From positions 31,927,648-31,991,647 of the forward strand of contig NC_092673.1 of NCBI RefSeq assembly GCF_964355755.1: a stretch of DNA of 64,000 bases. Direction: 5' to 3'. The position numbers and the translations under genes were made by a program. The notes below the pieces were generated by a model. The model did no database searches. It worked only from the letters and a program-made list of their open reading frames with translations, and was not told where the DNA came from. Source of the DNA: Antedon mediterranea (taxonomy: Eukaryota > Animalia > Echinodermata). Below are positions 24,501 to 38,206 of the stretch, piece by piece; within the stretch, counting starts at the first letter, position 1, and each line of letters begins with the position of its first letter.

Positions 24501-27500
24501 AGAAGTACTTGAATACGCAAGATACGTTTTGTTGCTGGCGGATAACCAAACTCGTCCTCAAGTGACGAGTTTAGATCTAGTTATTCTTCTTTCTTTCTCA
24601 GATTTTGTGTACGCGTTTTCTCTTGAACGTGTTAACATAACATTTTGTAACTTGGTCAACATATAGACAATTAACTGACAATGTACTGCGAAGCTTTTTG
24701 ACAATGTCAGATCCGCGTAGCGTAAGTTACGCGCGATTTTCTGAAAATCTTAAATCGGTCATAACTTCGAAACCGATAAATATTTTTTAACGAAATTTTC
24801 AGCCACGTTTTCTTCACATCAATGGCTAACTTTTTCGCTCTTCAGCAAATTTTTGAACACTAGAAAATCTGCGCGTAAACTGCGTTTGAAATTTTAAAAT
24901 GCTCCTAATTTGTGCACGCTGTTTCTCTGTAACGCGTTAACATAACATTTTGTAACTTGTTCAACATATAGACATTTTACTGAAGTTGTCCAGCCAAGCT
25001 TTTTGACGATGTCAGAGCCGCGTAGCGTAAGTTACGCGTGATTTTCTGAAAATCTTAAATTGGTTATAACTTCGAAACAAATGAATATTTTTTAACGTCA
25101 TTTTCAGCCACGTTTGCTTCACATCAATAGTTAACTTTTTTAACGCTATCGCAATTTGTAACATTAGAAAGTGCGCGCGTAAATGGCGTTTGAAATTTTA
25201 AAATGCTTCAAATCAATTTCTGATTAAATTAGAGCACGATTCAGGTCATTTTAAGCGTTTAAAAAATTGCCACTGGTGCACACATTTTTACGCGCGCACG
25301 GCGCAGGGAACAGGTATGAGCATTTCTTTTACACGATTTGTGTTTTTAAATCTTCGGTTAACAATTTTACGTTATTTTATTCACTTTTCAACTTGAAATG
25401 GCGTTCTACGAGCACGTTAAACATGACAGGTTGCGCACGAAAACGTCAACAAATTGTGAAAATGTTGCAATTATGTGTACTTTTAAAAATGAAACAGTTC
25501 ATCAGAATGCAAGGTTACCCCCATTTTTTATTTTAATTTCTTGCAGTGTATGAATCATAGGTCTGATTTATTATAGTGTTGAATGCTAAAACGTGTTTGA
25601 TGGCTACATTATTTGCATATTAAATATAATTTTTGAAATATTTATCATCAAACAAACATAAACTTATTCAAAGAGCAAAACAATAAACATAACATTTATC
25701 TTTTTTCTTTACATGTTAATATATAAAACTTGAAAGTATGTACTTTCATAAAATATCAGCGTTTAAAATTTTTGAAGATTTCATCATAGTAAAATTTATG
25801 ATTTAAGTTTGATATGTAATAATCAACTTGCATCGAGGGGGTTCACGACATACCGAATGAACGAGGACTCTTTCTTCGGATTTTCGTCAGCAGGTGGTCA
25901 TATGGCTCGATGTGTAATGCAACCGACTTTGGTATCAGAGGTACCGGCTTCGAGTCCCGTCACGGGAAAACAATTAATTAAAAGGGTTTAGTTGGTTATT
26001 ACACTGAGAGGGCAGTTTTAATTTTGAATAGCCTACTTTTTTTGGAAAAGTCATAACTTGGAAGTACTTGAATACGCAAGATACGCTTTGTTGCTGGCGG
26101 ATAACCAAACTCGTCCTCAAGTGACGAGTTTAAGTTCTAGTTATTCTTCTTTCTTTCTCAGATTTTGTGTACGCGTTTTCTCTTGAACGTGTTAACATAA
26201 CATTTTGTAACTTGGTCAACATATAGACAATTAACTGAAGATGTACTGCGAAGCTTTTTGACAATGTCAGATCCGCGTAGCATAAGTTACGCGCGATTTT
26301 CTGAAAATCTTAAATCGGTCATAACTTCGAAACCGATAAATATTTTTTAACGAAATTTTCAGCCACGTTTTCTTCACATCAATGGCTAACTTTTTCGCTC
26401 TTCAGCAAATTTTTGAACACTAGAAAATCTGCGCGTAAACTGCGTTTGAAATTTTAAAATGCTCCTAATTTGTGCACGCTGTTTCTCTGTAACGCGTTAA
26501 CATAACATTTTGTAACTTGTTCAACATATAGACATTTTACTGAAGTTGTCCAGCCAAGCTTTTTGACGATGTCAGAGCCGCGTAGCGTAAGTTACGCGTG
26601 ATTTTCTGAAAATCTTAAATTGGTTATAACTTCGAAACAAATGAATATTTTTTAACGTCATTTTCAGCCACGTTTGCTTCACATCAATAGTTAACTTTTT
26701 TAACGCTATCGCAATTTGTAACATTAGAAAGTGCGCGCGTAAATGGCGTTTGAAATTTTAAAATGCTTCAAATCAATTTCTGATTAAATTAGAGCACGAT
26801 TCAGGTCATTTTAAGCGTTTAAAAAATTGCCACTGGTGCGCACATTTTTACGCGCGCACGGCACAGGGAACAGGTATGAGCATTTATTTTACACGATTTG
26901 TGTTTTTAAATCTTCGGTTAACAATTTTACGTTATTTTATTCACTTTTCAACTTGAAATGGCGTTCTACGAGCACGTTAAACATGACAGGTTGCGCACGA
27001 AAACGTCAACAAATTGTGAAAATGTTCCAAAATATGTCTACTTTTAAAAATGAAACAGTTCATCAGAATGCAAGGTTACCCCCATTTTTTATTTTAATTT
27101 CTTGCAGTGTATGAATCATAGGTCTGATTTATTATAGTGTTGAATGCTAAAACGTGTTTGATGGCTACATTATTTGCATATTAAATATAATTTTTGAAAT
27201 ATTTATCATCAAACAAACATAAACTTATTCAAAGAGCAAAACAATAAACATAACATTTATCTTTTTTCTTTACATGTTAATATATAAAACTTGAAAGTAT
27301 GTACTTTCATAAAATATCAGCGTTTAAAATTTTTGAAGATTTCATCATAGTAAAATTTATGATTTAAGTTTGATATGTAATAATCAACTTGCATCGAGGG
27401 GGTTCACGACATACCGAATGAACGAGGACTCTTTCTTCGGATTTTCGTCAGCAGGTGGTCATATGGCTCGATGTGTAATGCAACCGACTTTGGTATCAGA

Positions 27501-27698
27501 GGTACCGGGTTCGAGTCCCGTCACGGGAAAACAATTAATTAAAAGGGTTTAGTTGGTTATTACACTGAGAGGGCAGTTTTAATTTTGAATACCCTACTTT
27601 TTTTGGAAAAGTCATAACTTGGAAGTACTTGAATACGCAAGATACGCTTTGTTGCTGGCGGATAACCAAACTCGTCCTCAAGTGACGAGTTTAAGTTC
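21522..27698 (+). mobile_element. Helentron/HINE-like family A, four nested copies of ~1.3-1.6 kb (heads 21522, 21584, 22899, 22962; tails ~22900, 24582, 26142, 27698)
   Basis: 5' palindrome ttatccgcctcaagcggataa; 3' subTIR gcggataaccaa, hairpin aaactcgtcctcaagtgacgagttt and ctagtt; T-rich insertion sites without TSD. Confidence 0.75.
24335..24408 (+). other. tRNA-derived (Pol III A/B box) segment inside the family A repeat; also ~22655-22725, 25897-25968 and 27458-27530, with degenerate versions in family B at ~28690 and ~30115
   Basis: A-box-like tggctcgatgtgt and B-box ggttcgaatcc; no good acceptor stem, so not a tRNA gene. Confidence 0.6.
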
Positions 27699-30586
27699 TT
27701 TCCTTAGCACTATTTTGTCCGTGAATTATCTTGATATCAGTTTCATCTATCTAAGTCAATTTTTCAGAGTATATTCCTTATGGCCAGGAATCGATGTGGT
27801 TATATTTTCACGATGCGTAATCAAAAATTACGCGGTCTACGCGCGATTTTACGAAATCACGTTTGTAATCATATCTTCACAAGCATGAATCACAATTAAA
27901 CAAAATTTGGTACTCATAAATTTCAGGTCATATTTCATCATATGGCAATACAATTACGTGCGTAGCGCATATAACGCTTGCGTACGCGCGCTTAAAATGT
28001 TCAAAATTGTCAAAATTTATTTTCGATGAAATTAGAGTACGTTTCAGGCAATTTTAAGCGTTTAAAAAATTGCCATGAGTGCGCAGATTTTTGCACGCGC
28101 ACTGCGCGTTATACGTTAATGCGCACTCTTTTTGTCCGATTTCGGTTGTACAACCTTTCTTTAATAATATCATCATATTTTATTCACTTTTCAACGCGTA
28201 ATTGCCTTATACGAGCACGTCAAAAGTGACAGGCTACGCACGTGTAAGTTAACAAAATGGTGAAAATATGCTAAATTTTAAAATTAATATAGATCGTCAG
28301 AATGCTCGGGAACACATATTTTTTATTTAATTTTCTTGAAGTGTATGTATCTTATGTATGATTTATTATTAAACTAAGGGAACAAAAGTTGATTAAGCCA
28401 TAATTAATTGCATATTAAATTAAAAAAAAATCATTTCGACAATCAAACAAATTATGACATTTTCTTAGGCCAAAATAACAAACTTAACATTAACTTTCTT
28501 CCTTCAAAAGTTCATATATTAAAGTTAAAAGTATATAGTTTGACAGTGCATCATTTTTGTACATTTTAGAGATGTCATCATAGTAAAAAATTATAATTCA
28601 TTGCGGAATGTAATAATCTATCTGCACCAAAGTGGTTACTGCATAGTAAATACACGGAGGAATTTTTCTACAATTTTTAGTCAGTTGTGTATGGCTCGGT
28701 GGTGTGTGCTCGTGTCTATGGCACTCAAGGTACCGAGATCGAGTCTCACCTTGGGAAACGAAATAAATTTTTTTTTTTATTATCCGTACCGTATTGTTTG
28801 TTCAAATTTATTTCTTAGTGTATATATTATACACATGATTTATAATGAAATCTAGATAAAAAATAACTTATGTCTTTATTATTATGTAACAGCAAATGTG
28901 GTTTATGACATTATACGCAGAGGGATCTTTGATCGGATTGTGATACCGGCTATTGTATTCGCGTTAGCAAGGTCCTATCATATATTATATATTATTTAAA
29001 GAATCTGAGAAAATCAATGAATCAAAATATCTTTTAAAAATAAATTATCTTTATTTTAATTATCAATGCATATAACCTATAATTCGTCATAGTGACGAAT
29101 TAAATCTAGTTTATTTATTCTTTCCTTAGCACTATTTTGTCCGTGCATTATCTTGGCATCAGTTTAATCTAGCTAAGTCAAGTTTTCAGAGTATATTCCT
29201 CATGGCCAGGAATCGATGTGGTTATATTTTCACGATGCGTAATCAAAAATTACGTGGTCTACGCGTGATTTTACGAAATCACGTTTGTAATCATATCTTC
29301 ACAAGCATGAATCACAATTAAACAAAATTTGGTACTCATAAATTTCAGGTCATATTTCATCATATATGGCAATAAAATTACGTGTGTAGCGCATATAACG
29401 CTTGCGTACGCGCGCTTAAAATGTTCAAAATTGTCAAAATTTATTTTCGATGAAATTAGAGTACGTTTCAGGCAATTTTAAGCGTTTAAAAAATTGCCAT
29501 GAGTGCGCAGATTTTTGCACGCGCACTGCGCGTTAAACGTTAATGCGCACTCTTTTTGCCCGATTTCTGTTTTACAATCTTTCTTTAATAATATCATCAT
29601 ATTTGATTCAGGTTTCAACTCGAAATTGCGTTATACGAGCACGTCAAAAGTGAATGGCTACGCACGTATAAGTTAACAAAATGGTGAAAATATGCTAAAT
29701 TTTAAAATTAATATATATCGTCAGAATGCAGGGGAACACCTATTTTTTATTTCATTTTCTTGAAGTGTATGTATCATATGCATGATTTATTATCAAATAA
29801 AGAGAACAAAAGTTGATTAAGTCATCATTAATTGCATATTACATTTAAAAAAAATAATTTCGACAATCAAACAAATTATGACATTTTCTTAGGCCAAAAT
29901 AACAAACTTAACATTAACTTTCTTCCTTCAAAAATTCATATATTAAAGTTAAAATTATGTAGTTTGACAGTGCATCATTTGTATACATTTTAAAGATGTC
30001 ATCATAGTAAAAAATTATAATTCATTTCGGTATGTAATAATCTATTTGCATCAAAGTGGTTACTGCATAGTAAATACACGGAGGAATTTTTCTACAACTT
30101 TTAGTCAGTTGTGTACGGCTCGGTGGTCTGTGCTCGTGTCTATGGCATTCAAGGTACCGAGATCGAGTTTCACCTTGGGAAACGAAATAAGATTTTTTTT
30201 TTATTATCCGTATTGTTTGTTCAAATTTATTTCTTAGTGTATAGATTATATTATAATTTATAATGAAATCTAGATAAAAATTAACTTATGTCTTTATTAT
30301 TATGTAACAACAAATGTGGTTTATGACATTATACGCATATGGATCTTTGATCGGATTGTGATACCGGCTATGGTGTTCGCGTTAGCAAGGTCCTATCATA
30401 TATTATAAATAATTAAAGATTCTGAGAAAATCAATCAATCAATATATCTTTTAAAAATCAATTATCTTTATTTAAATCAATGCATATAACCTATAATTCA
30501 GTGACGAATTAAATCTAGTTATTATTATTTCTCAATATTTGCATATAATGCAACTAAAATGTATGTACAGACTTTGTTTTGGCCTC

Positions 30587-31359
30587 TGTAGAAGCCATTG
30601 CTTCTAGTTTAATTAATATTGGGCAAAATATTTGGTTTTCTGTGGCAACCTATTGCATATGAGGAGGTTGCATGGTAACATGCCTTTTTTTTTGTGTGAA
30701 AAGGAAAGAAGACAGGATTTAAGAAGTTAGTTGGAGATTATAAGAGATAAATAGAGAGAGATTTTAGAAAGTTTTTGTATAAATTACTGAACCATAAGCC
30801 AGGGAAAGTTTACAGAATTCGGTAAGCTCAATTCTCTTATCGAATATAGTCATTTTGTTGTGTTATTTGAGATGTTATTTATGGCTGGTACTTTCGGTAG
30901 GCTAGGCCTAGGCCTAGATAACTTTGTTTTAACTTTCAGGGACCATCTCATAAGTGAGATACCTGTTGCTTCTATGAAAGCATAACAGTTTATATGCTTG
31001 TTTTTTGGTTAAATTGTTGTTTGAATAGCTAATATTTATGCTCATATTATAATAGTAATAGTAATACTGGACAACAATTATGCATTATTATAGAAGACTG
31101 TATTAATTGCAGTTGTTGCTGATGGATCAATGTTAATATTATCATTCTGTCAATTGTTTAAATAGGTCATGTTAAACCAGTTTAAATTAGAACCAAGAAC
31201 ATTATAATTAATAGTTAACCATACTATTATGTCATTTTTTATGTTTATAGTTAATCAACTCTATCACGGTATTGGTAAATAAAGACTTAAAGGAAGCATA
31301 TAACCGTGTGATATTTCGATTCTCGACTCATATATTTCTCTGGACCCTCGACAGTAATA
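30587..31359 (+). repeat. 5' LTR (773 bp)
   Basis: Starts TGTAGAAGCC and matches the 3' LTR except for a visible 6-bp ctaggc indel. Confidence 0.92.
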
Positions 31360-31390
31360 TCATTAACGAATTCTCTTTTTAACTAAGAAG

Positions 31391-34300
31391 ATGAGTGAAA
31401 CGACTCCAGCAACTAAACCTAAAGATACTAATCCTGATGCTAAGGCACAAAGGGAAAGAACCATGATAGAAAAGGGACTGACCCATGCCATTGAAGTAAA
31501 AAGAAAGAAACGTGGCAGTATAATTCAAGAACTAAAAAAGGTGCAAGTGTCAATTCAAGAAGCACAATCCAAAAGTGAAATACAAGACAAGTATAAGGTA
31601 TGGATTGGATTGTATGAAAGCTTTTTAGATGAACATGATGAGTTGACCAAATTACTAGACGAAGAAGAAAAGCATCAAGATTATTGGAAAAACTTCGAGC
31701 CTACAGAGAGGGCTCTGAAGGAATTTAAAGAACAGACAGAAGACTCACTAAACGAAGATCCAGTACAAAGAGTGAGCATAGATCCTAATGATAGCGTATC
31801 TCAAGCTGTTTCTCGTAAATCAAGCAGAAGGTCAAGCGGTGGTCAATCTGCCTTGTCCGCTGCTAAATTGAATGAAATTCAAAAACAAGCTGACTTAAAT
31901 GCAGAGATGGCGGCAATAGAAGAACGTGAGGCGATTGAGCGAGCTAAGTTGGACCTGAAAAATAGAGAAGCCAGACTTGAGCTAAGAACAAAACTGGAGG
32001 CTTCAGAAGCCAAACAAAGGGCGATTGAAGAAGTCCTTTCATCTCAAAGCCAAGTCTCCATCGCACAACCATACCAACCTGGTGTGAACGTAGATGCCAA
32101 CTTATTTGTGCCTACCCTTAGTCAATTACCAGCCACCACCACACCTGAGAGGTTGTTAGCTACCACCACACCTAAAAGATTGCTAACCACCAACACACCG
32201 GAAATTAACGACAGGTCAGATGGTCAAGCAAATACTGAAGCGTTGACTTCAGTGATAAAAGAACTTAGAAAACCTGTCTGCGAGATAAAAAAGTTTGATG
32301 GAAACCCGATGGAATATAAGAAATTTATGAGGCAATTCAACAACAGGGTCGTGAAGTTTACGGAGACTGACGATGAGAAGATATACTATCTTGAACAATT
32401 CACGATGGGAGAAGCGCTAAACATAGTTGAAGGTTACAGCTATCTGGATGCCAAAATAGGATATTCGGCAGTACTTAAAGAGTTTGAAGAAAGGTATGGA
32501 GACCCACAGGTGATTGCAGAAGCCTTTATAAAAAAGGTAATAACTTGGCCAGCAATAAGTAACTCAAAGTCCTTAGACGCCTTTTCTATATTTCTAAATG
32601 AATGCTCAAGTGCCGTCGAATGTATCCAAGCTATGCAAGTCTTGGAATATTCAGAGAACATAAGATCAATAATTAAAAAGCTACCTTACTCATTGCATGA
32701 AAAATGGAGAAGCACAGTGCAGAATCTAAAGGACCGAAATGTGATTGTTTCTTTCAAAGAGTTAGTGAAGTTTGTTAAAAGGGAAGCTAAGAAGGCAAAT
32801 GACCCAACATATGGTAGGGACGCTTTAGCCTCGAACGGACCTAGTAGCCGACTAAAAGCTGCTACACAAAATCTTCCAAAGGGAACGAAGGGAAGCTTTG
32901 CAACCAGCGTACAATCACAGGATGAAAGAACCGATTCAAGGTCACAACATGGTACATCAAAACCGGCAGCCACTAGGTCATGCTACATTTGCAAAAAGGG
33001 AGATCATAAAATTGAAAAATGTGATGTGTTCCTTGCAAAGACTGTGCCGGAAAGGGTTAGTCTGCTACAAGAGAATAGAAGATGTTTTGGATGCTTGAAA
33101 TATGGACATCGATCTAAGGAATGCCGTAATCGAGCAATATGCTCAACATGCAGCAAGCGACACCCAACGCTTCTTCACCGAACTAATGAGCAAAGTCAGG
33201 CAGTAGCAACAGAAAATAAAACACAAGTAACTCAAACTGAACAACCTCAAAATAATAGCACAGGACCCTCTTGTCGTACAGGGGCCGGAGACACACTGTG
33301 CACTATGGCCATCGTGCCCGTAATGGCTAGGTCTCGGAAGAATGGATTGGCTATTGAGACTTACGCATTTCTAGACCCTGGTAGTAGTGTTTCATTTTGT
33401 TCTGAAAGGTTAAAGGAACAATTGGGTCTTGGAGGCCGAAAGGCAAGAATCACGCTTGATACCATGGGCTCGCAATGTTTGCTAGACACCAGCATTGTCA
33501 ATGGACTTGAGATATGTGATCTTAAAGGAGAAAACTCAATAACGTTACCTAGTGTATACACCAAAGATGGCATGCCTGTTACAAAGGCTCACATACCAAG
33601 AATGGAAGACATAGCTCAATGGTCGCATATGAAAGAAATAGAGCTTCCATCCATAGATGCCGATATAGGGCTCCTAATCGGTAATGCAGTAGCAGAAGCT
33701 TACACGCCTCTACAAATCATCACTGGGCCTCCTGGAAGCCCCTATGCTTCGAAAACAGCTTTAGGTTGGATTCCGTGGAATGTTGTGAGAAAGAACCAAG
33801 GTGAAGAATACAAGAATGAGAGTTGTCCCGCCAACCGTCTAGAAATAAAGGCAATTGAAGAACGGGAAGAAATTAATAAGCTTAACCGCACTGTGGAGAA
33901 AGCCATTAGCATTGACTTTCCAGAAAGGGATAAGGAAGAGCAACAAGAACACTCACAAGATGACCGTAAATTTTTGAAAATAGCAAACGAGACAATGGGA
34001 TTTAGGAATGGCCACTATGAGACAGCTCTTCCCTTTAAGGACAGAAAACAGATAATGCCGAATAATCGTGCAATGGCGGACCAAAGACTGCTGTCGTTAA
34101 AAAGGAAAATGGAGAGAAACCAAAAGTTTAAAGAGGACTATATTGCATTTATGGAAAAGCAGATAAGACAGGGACATGCCGAAAAGGTCGTGAAAGATAA
34201 CATCAATTATGGGAGAACTTGGTATATTCCTCATCATGGAGTGTACAACCCAAATAAGCCAAATAAGATACGTGTCGTCTTCGACTGTGCGGCAAAGTAC

Positions 34301-37300
34301 CAAGGAATTGCATTGAACGATGTGCTACTACAAGGCCCGGATCTTACAAATAGTTTAATTGGAGTTCTAGTAAGGTTCCGTCAAAATGAAATAGCTCTTA
34401 TGTCCGATGTAGAAGGTATGTTTCTACAGGTTAAAGTTCCTGAACATAATCGGGATTTTATGAGATTCCTCTGGTGGGAAGACGGTAATATGGAGAATGA
34501 ACCCAGCATATATAGAATGACTTGCCATCTATTTGGAGCGACTTCTTCGCCATCATGTGCGAATCTTGCTCTGCAGAGAACAGCTACAGATGTAGGTGAA
34601 AGATATCCTCAAGAGGTGGTGACAGCCATAAAAAGAAACTTTTATGTAGATGATTGCTTGGTATCAGTTGAGACTGAAGCAAAGGGAATGGAACTAGCCA
34701 AAGGTCTAAGAGAATTATGCGCAGAAAGAGGATTTAGGCTTACCAAATGGATCAGCAATAGTAGAGCTGTATTGGAGTCAATCCCAATCAATGAACGAGC
34801 ACCTGAATTTAAGACACTGGATTTAGATAATGCAGAGTTACCAAGCGAAAGAGCACTGGGTGTATGTTGGTCAGCAGAAACCGATAAGTTGGGCTTTGAC
34901 ATTAAGTTACCTGATAAACCACCTACCCGCCGCGGACTGCTTTCTGTGATAAGTTCTGTTTTCGATCCGCTAGGATTAGTCTCACCTTTCGTCCTTCCTG
35001 CTAAACTGATTCTACAAGAATTATGTCGTAAGGGTTCCGGATGGGACGATAAAATTGATGAAGTGGACTTCAGGCGATGGCAACAATGGCTTGATGAGCT
35101 AAAACGGCTACAAGAATGGAACATGCCTAGATGTTACATAAGTAAAGGCCTTGGAGAAATAGCTTCACGTCAGCTTCATGTATTCTCTGACGCAAGTGAG
35201 AAAGGATACGGAATGGCAGCATATATGAGATATGAGGACAAACAAGGTAAAGCTAGATGTTCGCTAGTGTTAGCCAGAAGCCGAGTTACTCCTTTAAAAC
35301 ATGTTACTGTACCAAGACTAGAGCTCACTGCTGCAACCATGGCTGTTCGTGTAACTAAGATGTTGCTAGATAAATTAGATGGAGTAGATGAGACCGTTTA
35401 TTGGACAGATAGTCAAACTGTTCTGCGCTACCTAAACAATACCACCGCACGATTTAAGACATTCGTAGCAAATAGAGTGACTGCAATACTTGATGCCTCG
35501 AGCCCTACACAATGGAAATATGTACGCAGTGCTAATAATCCGGCTGATGAAGCATCACGTGGAATGAAAATCGATGAGTTTCTAAAAAATGATAGATGGA
35601 CTCATGGTCCTGAGTTTCTACAGAAATCTTCCGTAGAATGGGAGAAGTGGCAAGAATCACCAGCCTTAAATGTGATACCACTTGACGATCCAGAGGTAAA
35701 AAGACAGGCTCATGCAGCAGTTGTAAATGAAACGCAATCTGCAATGTGCCGATTAGTTGAAAGGTACTCAAGTTTCCGAAAGCTGAAACGTGCTGTAGCA
35801 TGGCTGTTGGCTATAAAAGGGAGACTACGGCAAAGGGTATCATTAAGGAAATCTGTAGAGAAGAAATATGAAAACGAACCTGACTCTAAAGAAAAAACCG
35901 AGAAGGTTATTGCAGAAATAGAGAAATGGAATGGACCACTTAATCACAGTCTAAACTTGCTACAACTTCAGGTTGCAGAGAAAGAAATAATCAATCATGA
36001 GCAGCAAAAATACTTCAAAAGGGAGATTCTTGCACTTAAAACAGGAAATAATGGCTTGAGAGCCCGCGCAATGAAAGGAAGTGCGATACGCAAACTTGAC
36101 CCGGTATGGGAAGATGATTTATTACGAGTCGGTGGCCGTTTGAACAAGTCAACCCTCGATGAGTACGCCAAGCACCAGTTAATAATACCTAAAGATTCAC
36201 AGATTGCACAAGCTATGATAATCGACACCCATAAACAACTTGGCCACCTTGGAAGAAACTCAGTTTTATTTGAGCTGAGAAAAGGATATTGGATACCTGC
36301 AGCCGTGTCGGCTATCAAACATATAGTTACAAGGTGTATAACATGTCGTAAACAACATGCAAGAGTAGGAGAGCAAAAGATGGCAGATTTGCCGTCGGAA
36401 CGTGTGACCCCAGATAAGCCTCCATTCGCGAACACTGGTATGGACGTGTTCGGTCCTTTTGAGATTAAAAGAGGAAGAAGTGTATTGAAAAGATATGGCC
36501 TGATTTTCACTTGTTTAAACTTACGGGCCATTCATTTGGAAGTCTTGTACACAATGAATACAGATTCTTGTTTGAATGCTATTAGAAGATTTGTGGCCAG
36601 AAGAGGAGAGGTCATGTGCATAAGAACTGACAATGGAACCAACTTTGTTGGTGCAGAGAAACAATTAAAAGAATCAGTGAATTCTTGGAACCAAGCCAAA
36701 ATTGAAACCTGGTGTCATCAGAAAAACATAGAGTGGAAGTTTAATCCACCCGCAGCCTCCCATTTTGGTGGGGTGTGGGAACGGCAGATTAGAACAGTTC
36801 GGCAGGTAATGAAGGGACTTCTCGCTGAACAAGCTATAAAGATGGATGATGAAGGGCTCTGTACCCTATTTTGTGAAATAGAATTGATAGTCAACAGCCG
36901 TCCATTGACTAACTGTGTCAAGCGATCATGAAGATCTGAGTCCTATAACTCCATACATGCTCCTGACCCAGCGGTCAACACAATCACTACCACCAGGCGT
37001 ATTTGACAGAAAGGATGTTTACGCTAGACGGCGCTGGAAACAAGTTCAATACTTGAGCGATCTATTTTGGACAAGATGGCGAAAGGAATACCTACCAACA
37101 TTACAGCAACGACAGAAGTGGTTGAATCCTCGTCGTAATTTTCAAGTAGACGATGTGGTGCTCATAGCTGATAACACATTACCGAGAAATTCATGGTCTT
37201 TAGCAAGAGTGATGGAAGTACGAAGAGATGCAAAGAACTTTGTTAGATCATGCTAAATCATCAGTAATCGAAAGACCTATAGCTAAATTATGTTTGCTCT

Positions 37301-37323
37301 TAGAATCTGAGAAAATTGATTAG
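31391..37323 (+). CDS. BEL/Pao Gag-Pol (Gag, Zn knuckles, protease, RT, RNase H, integrase) with a +1 frameshift near 36911 and a small lesion near 37255
   Basis: [78 protein letters not shown]. The integrase continues in ORF 36915-37256 and as [12 protein letters not shown]. Confidence 0.93.
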
Positions 37324-37439
37324 TATTGTAATATGTTAGTTGAAACTTATACCATTTATGAATGACTGATTCAGTTCTTTAGTAGATTTTGTAGTAGTTT
37401 AGTAATAGTTTAAATTAGTAAACTATTAAGGGGCCGGAA

Positions 37440-38206
37440 TGTAGAAGCCATTGCTTCTAGTTTAATTAATATTGGGCAAAATATTTGGTTTTCTGTGGCA
37501 ACCTATTGCATATGAGGAGGTTGCATGGTAACATGCCTTTTTTTTTGTGTGAAAAGGAAAGAAGACAGGATTTAAGAAGTTAGTTGGAGATTATAAGAGA
37601 TAAATAGAGAGAGATTTTAGAAAGTTTTTGTATAAATTACTGAACCATAAGCCAGGGAAAGTTTACAGAATTCGGTAAGCTCAATTCTCTTATCGAATAT
37701 AGTCATTTTGTTGTGTTATTTGAGATGTTATTTATGGCTGGTACTTTCGGTAGGCTAGGCCTAGATAACTTTGTTTTAACTTTCAGGGACCATCTCATAA
37801 GTGAGATACCTGTTGCTTCTATGAAAGCATAACAGTTTATATGCTTGTTTTTTGGTTAAATTGTTGTTTGAATAGCTAATATTTATGCTCATATTATAAT
37901 AGTAATAGTAATACTGGACAACAATTATGCATTATTATAGAAGACTGTATTAATTGCAGTTGTTGCTGATGGATCAATGTTAATATTATCATTCTGTCAA
38001 TTGTTTAAATAGGTCATGTTAAACCAGTTTAAATTAGAACCAAGAACATTATAATTAATAGTTAACCATACTATTATGTCATTTTTTATGTTTATAGTTA
38101 ATCAACTCTATCACGGTATTGGTAAATAAAGACTTAAAGGAAGCATATAACCGTGTGATATTTCGATTCTCGACTCATATATTTCTCTGGACCCTCGACA
38201 GTAATA
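37440..38206 (+). repeat. 3' LTR (767 bp)
   Basis: Direct repeat of 30587-31359. Confidence 0.92.

Larger units (their letters stand above)
21398..30520 (+). mobile_element. Helentron/HINE-like family B, two nested copies (heads 21398 and 21471; bodies ~27698-29111 and 29112-30520)
   Basis: 5' palindrome ggttatatgcat..atgcatataacc; 3' subTIR tgcatataacc, hairpin aattcgtcatagtgacgaatt and ctagtt. Confidence 0.7.
30587..38206 (+). mobile_element. BEL/Pao LTR retrotransposon, full length and recent
   Basis: LTRs 30587-31359 and 37440-38206, 5-bp TSD gcctc (30582-30586 and 38207-38211), PPT aaggggccggaa before the 3' LTR, single gag-pol ORF. Confidence 0.95.

Noticed and set aside
22655-27530. 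Possible tRNA gene cluster
   Set aside because: The acceptor stem does not pair well and the copies are embedded in repeats; treated as tRNA-derived segments.
25267-30237. Duplicated short ORFs (MPLV.., MICNNQ.., HQSGYC..)
   Set aside because: Chance ORFs repeated because they lie in the Helentron-like bodies; no Rep/helicase motifs.
32440-36921. Antisense ORFs within the BEL element (similarly 933-1208, 55469-55744 and 14175-15645)
   Set aside because: Shadow frames of real coding sequence with no recognisable motifs.
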